A stretch of DNA of 64,000 bases from a virus, in IMG/VR virus record IMGVR_UViG_3300017991_000052. The stretch is one strand, 5' to 3'. The translations under genes were made by a program, and so were the position numbers. A model generated the notes under the pieces. It ran no database searches. It had not been told where the DNA came from and saw only the letters and a program-made list of their open reading frames with translations. Every line of letters begins with the position of its first letter. Position 1 is the stretch's first letter. Positions 60,917 through 64,000 of this stretch are shown in pieces.

Positions 60917-61537
60917 ATGGCAGTAAAGTTAAGTGAAGCAAAAGAACAAGAAAAATATGTTGAAATTTGTGCAATGAGGCATAAAGTTCAAGTTAAAAAT
61001 CTTAAAGAGAAATTAAAAAAAATTGAAAAAGAAACTGCAGATGCTAGTAAGCAATTAATGCTGTTTGTCCGCGCGGAATCTGATACTAGAGAACAACTTA
61101 ACGCGCTCGAGGAAGGCTTTGAAAAACATAAAAATAGATATCAAGAAGAATTTAAAGCTTTAAAAGCTTTAGAGAATTATGAACATATTGATATAACTGA
61201 AATACATGGAAAAGCAGCTCTAATTGGTTATACAGATGAAATTCAAATTGAACATGAAGGCGATATTTATAAAATTGGTAAATTTAGAGTTACAGTTCAA
61301 GATGCACAAATTTTAATTGAAAATATAACTAATAAGAGAAATGGATGTGATCATCCTCATGTTAGAGATGGTCGACCGTGTCTTGGGGATTTAGGCTCAA
61401 CTTTACCAAAATTAATGGGTAAGCATGAATACGCTTTAGTTTTTAATGTTGTTTATAAATACTTAACAAGTTATAATAAGCAAAGTCCTTATCAAAAAAT
61501 TGAAGCTTGGACAAAAAGCAGAAAGAAGGCAAAGTAA
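60917..61537 (+). CDS. Prokaryotic E2 (UBC-like) conjugating enzyme with N-terminal coiled coil
   Basis: HPHVRDGRPCLG corresponds to UBC HPN(I/V)..G.(I)CL, with Cys155; residues 1-85 coiled coil. Confidence 0.8.
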   Translation: MAVKLSEAKEQEKYVEICAMRHKVQVKNLKEKLKKIEKETADASKQLMLFVRAESDTREQLNALEEGFEKHKNRYQEEFKALKALENYEHIDITEIHGKAALIGYTDEIQIEHEGDIYKIGKFRVTVQDAQILIENITNKRNGCDHPHVRDGRPCLGDLGSTLPKLMGKHEYALVFNVVYKYLTSYNKQSPYQKIEAWTKSRKKAK

Positions 61538-62100
61538 TGTTACAAGTTATTTTTAAAGAAAAGGCTATTAAAAAAATTGAATATTTTACCCAATTGGCTC
61601 CAGGAGAAATTTCTGGATTAGGTAAAGTAGAAAAACAAGGTGATAAATTTATTATTGAAGATGTTTACTTACTTAAACAAACAAATTCTGCAGCTTATAC
61701 AGAATTAGATTCTGAAGCAATTAATGATTTTCTTATTGATATGATGAGTAAAGGAGAAGATCTTTCTAAGATAAAGTTATGGTGGCATACTCATGCTAAT
61801 TTTTCTGTTTTTTGGAGTGGGACAGACAAAGATACAATAGATAAATTTGCAAATGAATCTTATTTTATTTCTTTAGTAACAAACAAAGCTGGAGATTATA
61901 AAATTAGATTTGATTTTCACGCACCGGATAGACTGACATTTGATGATATTCCTCATGTAGTAGATTTTACAGATGATAATGATCTAAAAAGACAATGTGA
62001 AGAAGAATTTAATCAAAAAGTTAAAACTAGATTATATTGGGATGAACAGCCGCAATATGTTGAAAATAATGAACAAGAAATTGTGGAGCATGTAGTATAG
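61537..62100 (+). CDS. JAB/MPN+/JAMM metalloprotease (deubiquitinase-like)
   Basis: E24 plus H-T-H-x7-S-G-T-D, an exact JAMM motif; TAATG coupling to E2. Confidence 0.9.
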   Translation: MLQVIFKEKAIKKIEYFTQLAPGEISGLGKVEKQGDKFIIEDVYLLKQTNSAAYTELDSEAINDFLIDMMSKGEDLSKIKLWWHTHANFSVFWSGTDKDTIDKFANESYFISLVTNKAGDYKIRFDFHAPDRLTFDDIPHVVDFTDDNDLKRQCEEEFNQKVKTRLYWDEQPQYVENNEQEIVEHVV

Positions 62101-62118
62101 CGGTAAAGGGGTTAAGCA

Positions 62119-62784
62119 ATGTCAGATGCACAAAGATTTTGGAGACAATTAGATATTGTCGATAGTGATAAATTAAATATCCCAATTACTATTATTGGAG
62201 CCGGCGCAATTGGATCATTTACTTGTTTAGCATTAGCTAAAATGGGATGTTCTAATATTACAGTATATGATATTGATAAAATTGAAGATTATAATCTACC
62301 AAATCAATTTTATAGAGAAAGTGATGTTGGTAAATTAAAAGTAAATGGGCTTTATGATCTTATAAAAGATTTTACTGGAGTTAAAATAAATATTAAAAAT
62401 GAAAAATATAAAAAACAAAATGTTGAAGGAATAGTTATATCTGCAGTTGATAATATGGAAACAAGAAAAGATTTATGGAAAAAAGTTGAATATAATCCTC
62501 AAGTAAAATTATTTGTAGATGGACGCATGGGCGCAGAAGTCATGAGAATTTATACTGTAAAACCTCATGATATAGATGAAGTAAAGATATTTGAAGATAA
62601 TTTATATACCGATAAAGAAGCTGCAGAAGAAAAATGTACAGAAAAAGCAATTATATATAATGTAACTGTAATAGGAGGTTTAATTGCTTCTAATATTAAG
62701 AAATATGTAATGGATCAAAAATATATAAAAGAAATAATATTTGATTTAAAAAATCTATATTTATTAGCGAGTGAAACAAAATAA
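62119..62784 (+). CDS. E1-like ThiF/MoeB-family activating enzyme
   Basis: R..RQ, IIGAGAIGS, D.D.IE..NL.NQ, VG..KV, AVDN..TR, DGRMG, candidate catalytic Cys173 (EKCT). Confidence 0.92.
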   Translation: MSDAQRFWRQLDIVDSDKLNIPITIIGAGAIGSFTCLALAKMGCSNITVYDIDKIEDYNLPNQFYRESDVGKLKVNGLYDLIKDFTGVKINIKNEKYKKQNVEGIVISAVDNMETRKDLWKKVEYNPQVKLFVDGRMGAEVMRIYTVKPHDIDEVKIFEDNLYTDKEAAEEKCTEKAIIYNVTVIGGLIASNIKKYVMDQKYIKEIIFDLKNLYLLASETK

Positions 62785-63118
62785 TGTTATGTCTAAAAAT
62801 AAAAAACTTGATAATGTATTACTTGAAATAGCGAAAAAAAAGGAGCTAATTGCAAAGATAAACACAATTAATTATAATAGTTTTGAGAAAGATGCTTCTA
62901 AAGTTATAGATATTCTTCCTCAATTGACTAATAATGATGATTTTAAAGTATTAAATGTGTTTAATGTTGATAAAAAAGTACAGTATAAAAAATATAGCTT
63001 ATATAAGAAATTTAATATATTTATGTATATTGAAGGATTTAAAAGGGCTTTAGAAATAATGGGTGAAACTTTTATTAGTGATGCAATAAAAGATGATTTA
63101 TATGAACAATCAATATGA
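62771..63118 (+). CDS. Hypothetical protein in the Ubl operon
   Basis: Overlaps the E1 stop; start may be GTG 62771 or ATG 62789. Confidence 0.55.
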   Translation: MKQNNVMSKNKKLDNVLLEIAKKKELIAKINTINYNSFEKDASKVIDILPQLTNNDDFKVLNVFNVDKKVQYKKYSLYKKFNIFMYIEGFKRALEIMGETFISDAIKDDLYEQSI

Positions 63119-63384
63119 GTGATTATGTAATTGGGATTTTAAGTAATGAATTAGATAAATTAAAAACAATAGCATCACGACTTGAGGGCGAATTAACAGA
63201 ACATGAAGTATATGCTAATCAAACGAGGGATAGTTTAATATTAATAAGGCAAGCTATTAAAGAAATTGAAGATGAATTAAAAGGAGAATATATAGAACTT
63301 AACGAAGGAGTATCACCGATATCGTTACTTAAAATAAGTGAAATTATAAGAAAAGAAAATAATATATCGGAGGAAAGTTTATGA
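63115..63384 (+). CDS. Small coiled-coil protein
   Basis: ATGA coupling on both sides. Confidence 0.55.
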   Translation: MSDYVIGILSNELDKLKTIASRLEGELTEHEVYANQTRDSLILIRQAIKEIEDELKGEYIELNEGVSPISLLKISEIIRKENNISEESL

Positions 63385-64000
63385 GTTTATGTCAAGAATG
63401 CGGTAGAAATGAAGCTCAATATACTGCAATTTTTAATGTTAATGGCCAAGATATTCAAAAGCCAGTATGTGAACAATGTTATAATAAACTTCAATTAAGT
63501 GTTGATGACGCCACAAAAGAAGTATATCATAAATTAAGCGAATCTACAAAATTAGTAATTTATTATGCTCGCAGACAAGCAAGAGAACGAAGACATAAAT
63601 TTGTTTTAAATGATCATTTAGTTTATGGTATAATTTTAGAGAATGGAACTGGATATTCGACATTAGAAAGTGCTGGAGCAAATGTTGACCAATTAAAAGG
63701 GCAAATTGATTGGGCTTTAAATTCAGTTACTGATCTAGTACCTAGAAATAGTGGAGAAGAGCCTCAATTATCAGATGAAATAAAAGGCACTTTAAAAAGA
63801 TCTCTTGAGATTATTAATAAAATAGAATTTCCAGAAATAGAACCTGAACACATATTATTATCTATTACAGAAGATAGAAATTCAGCAATATCTAAAAATT
63901 TAAAAAGAAATTTTAATATTGATACAATAAAACTTTTAAGAGAATTAGAATCTCAATTACCAGAGTCAGTAGATCTCGTTAAAAAATATAAAGAAAATGA
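63381..64000 (+). CDS. Clp/Hsp100-like protein N-terminus (C4 Zn finger plus two Clp-N repeats), 3' truncated; not in ORF track
   Basis: MSLCQECGRNEA...NVNGQ....VCEQCY (CX2CX22CX2C), then LSESTKLVIYYARRQA...DHLVYG and LSDEIK..LKRS...IEPEHILLSI; frame open to the window end. Confidence 0.8.
   Translation, partial: MSLCQECGRNEAQYTAIFNVNGQDIQKPVCEQCYNKLQLSVDDATKEVYHKLSESTKLVIYYARRQARERRHKFVLNDHLVYGIILENGTGYSTLESAGANVDQLKGQIDWALNSVTDLVPRNSGEEPQLSDEIKGTLKRSLEIINKIEFPEIEPEHILLSITEDRNSAISKNLKRNFNIDTIKLLRELESQLPESVDLVKKYKEN

Noticed and set aside
1688-60974. Minus-strand and nested ORFs in the supplied track
   Set aside because: Short shadows of + strand genes, enriched in F/L/S/I, with no motifs.
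60627-62784. ThiS/ThiF or MoaD/MoeB sulfur-carrier pair for cofactor synthesis
   Set aside because: No thiG, moaE, rhodanese or desulfurase in the window, and an E2-like gene with a catalytic Cys lies between Ubl and E1. Not fully excluded without an assay.
1-64000. Alternative genetic code (stop-codon reassignment)
   Set aside because: Long genes are intact under code 11, and TAA, TAG and TGA all end genes at sensible positions.

Overview
AT-rich window from a large lytic-type dsDNA tailed phage. Essentially all real genes are on the + strand, and the class III RNR suggests an anaerobic host. In order: (1) 1-10.9 kb, modular tail fibre/receptor-binding and virion accessory genes (LamG-like, tail collar, shuffled repeat domains); (2) 10.9-12.4 kb, lysis module and terminator; (3) 12.5-21 kb, small early genes behind a repeated sigma70-like promoter; (4) 21.5-28 kb, replication genes (DnaC-like, RNA ligase, homing endonuclease, DnaB, primase, 5'-3' exonuclease, SSB); (5) 28.3-35 kb, a putative DNA-hypermodification block (nucleotide-sugar dehydrogenase, epimerase, GT-B, UDG, dNMP kinase, dUTPase, T4 gp42-like dCMP hydroxymethylase, dCMP deaminase); (6) 35-44 kb, DnaE, RecA, nucleases and RuvC; (7) 45.7-55.4 kb, six GT2 glycosyltransferase domains, methyltransferases and a Fic enzyme; (8) 56-60.6 kb, glutaredoxin, a split NrdD, NrdG, and HD and HAD phosphatases; (9) 60.6-64 kb, the most striking element: a complete phage-encoded ubiquitin-like conjugation operon (Ubl ending in GG, coiled-coil-E2, JAB/JAMM protease, E1/ThiF), followed by a Zn-finger plus Clp-N (ClpE/ClpG-like) gene cut off by the window end. 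All calls come from motif recognition by eye; no database searches were run.
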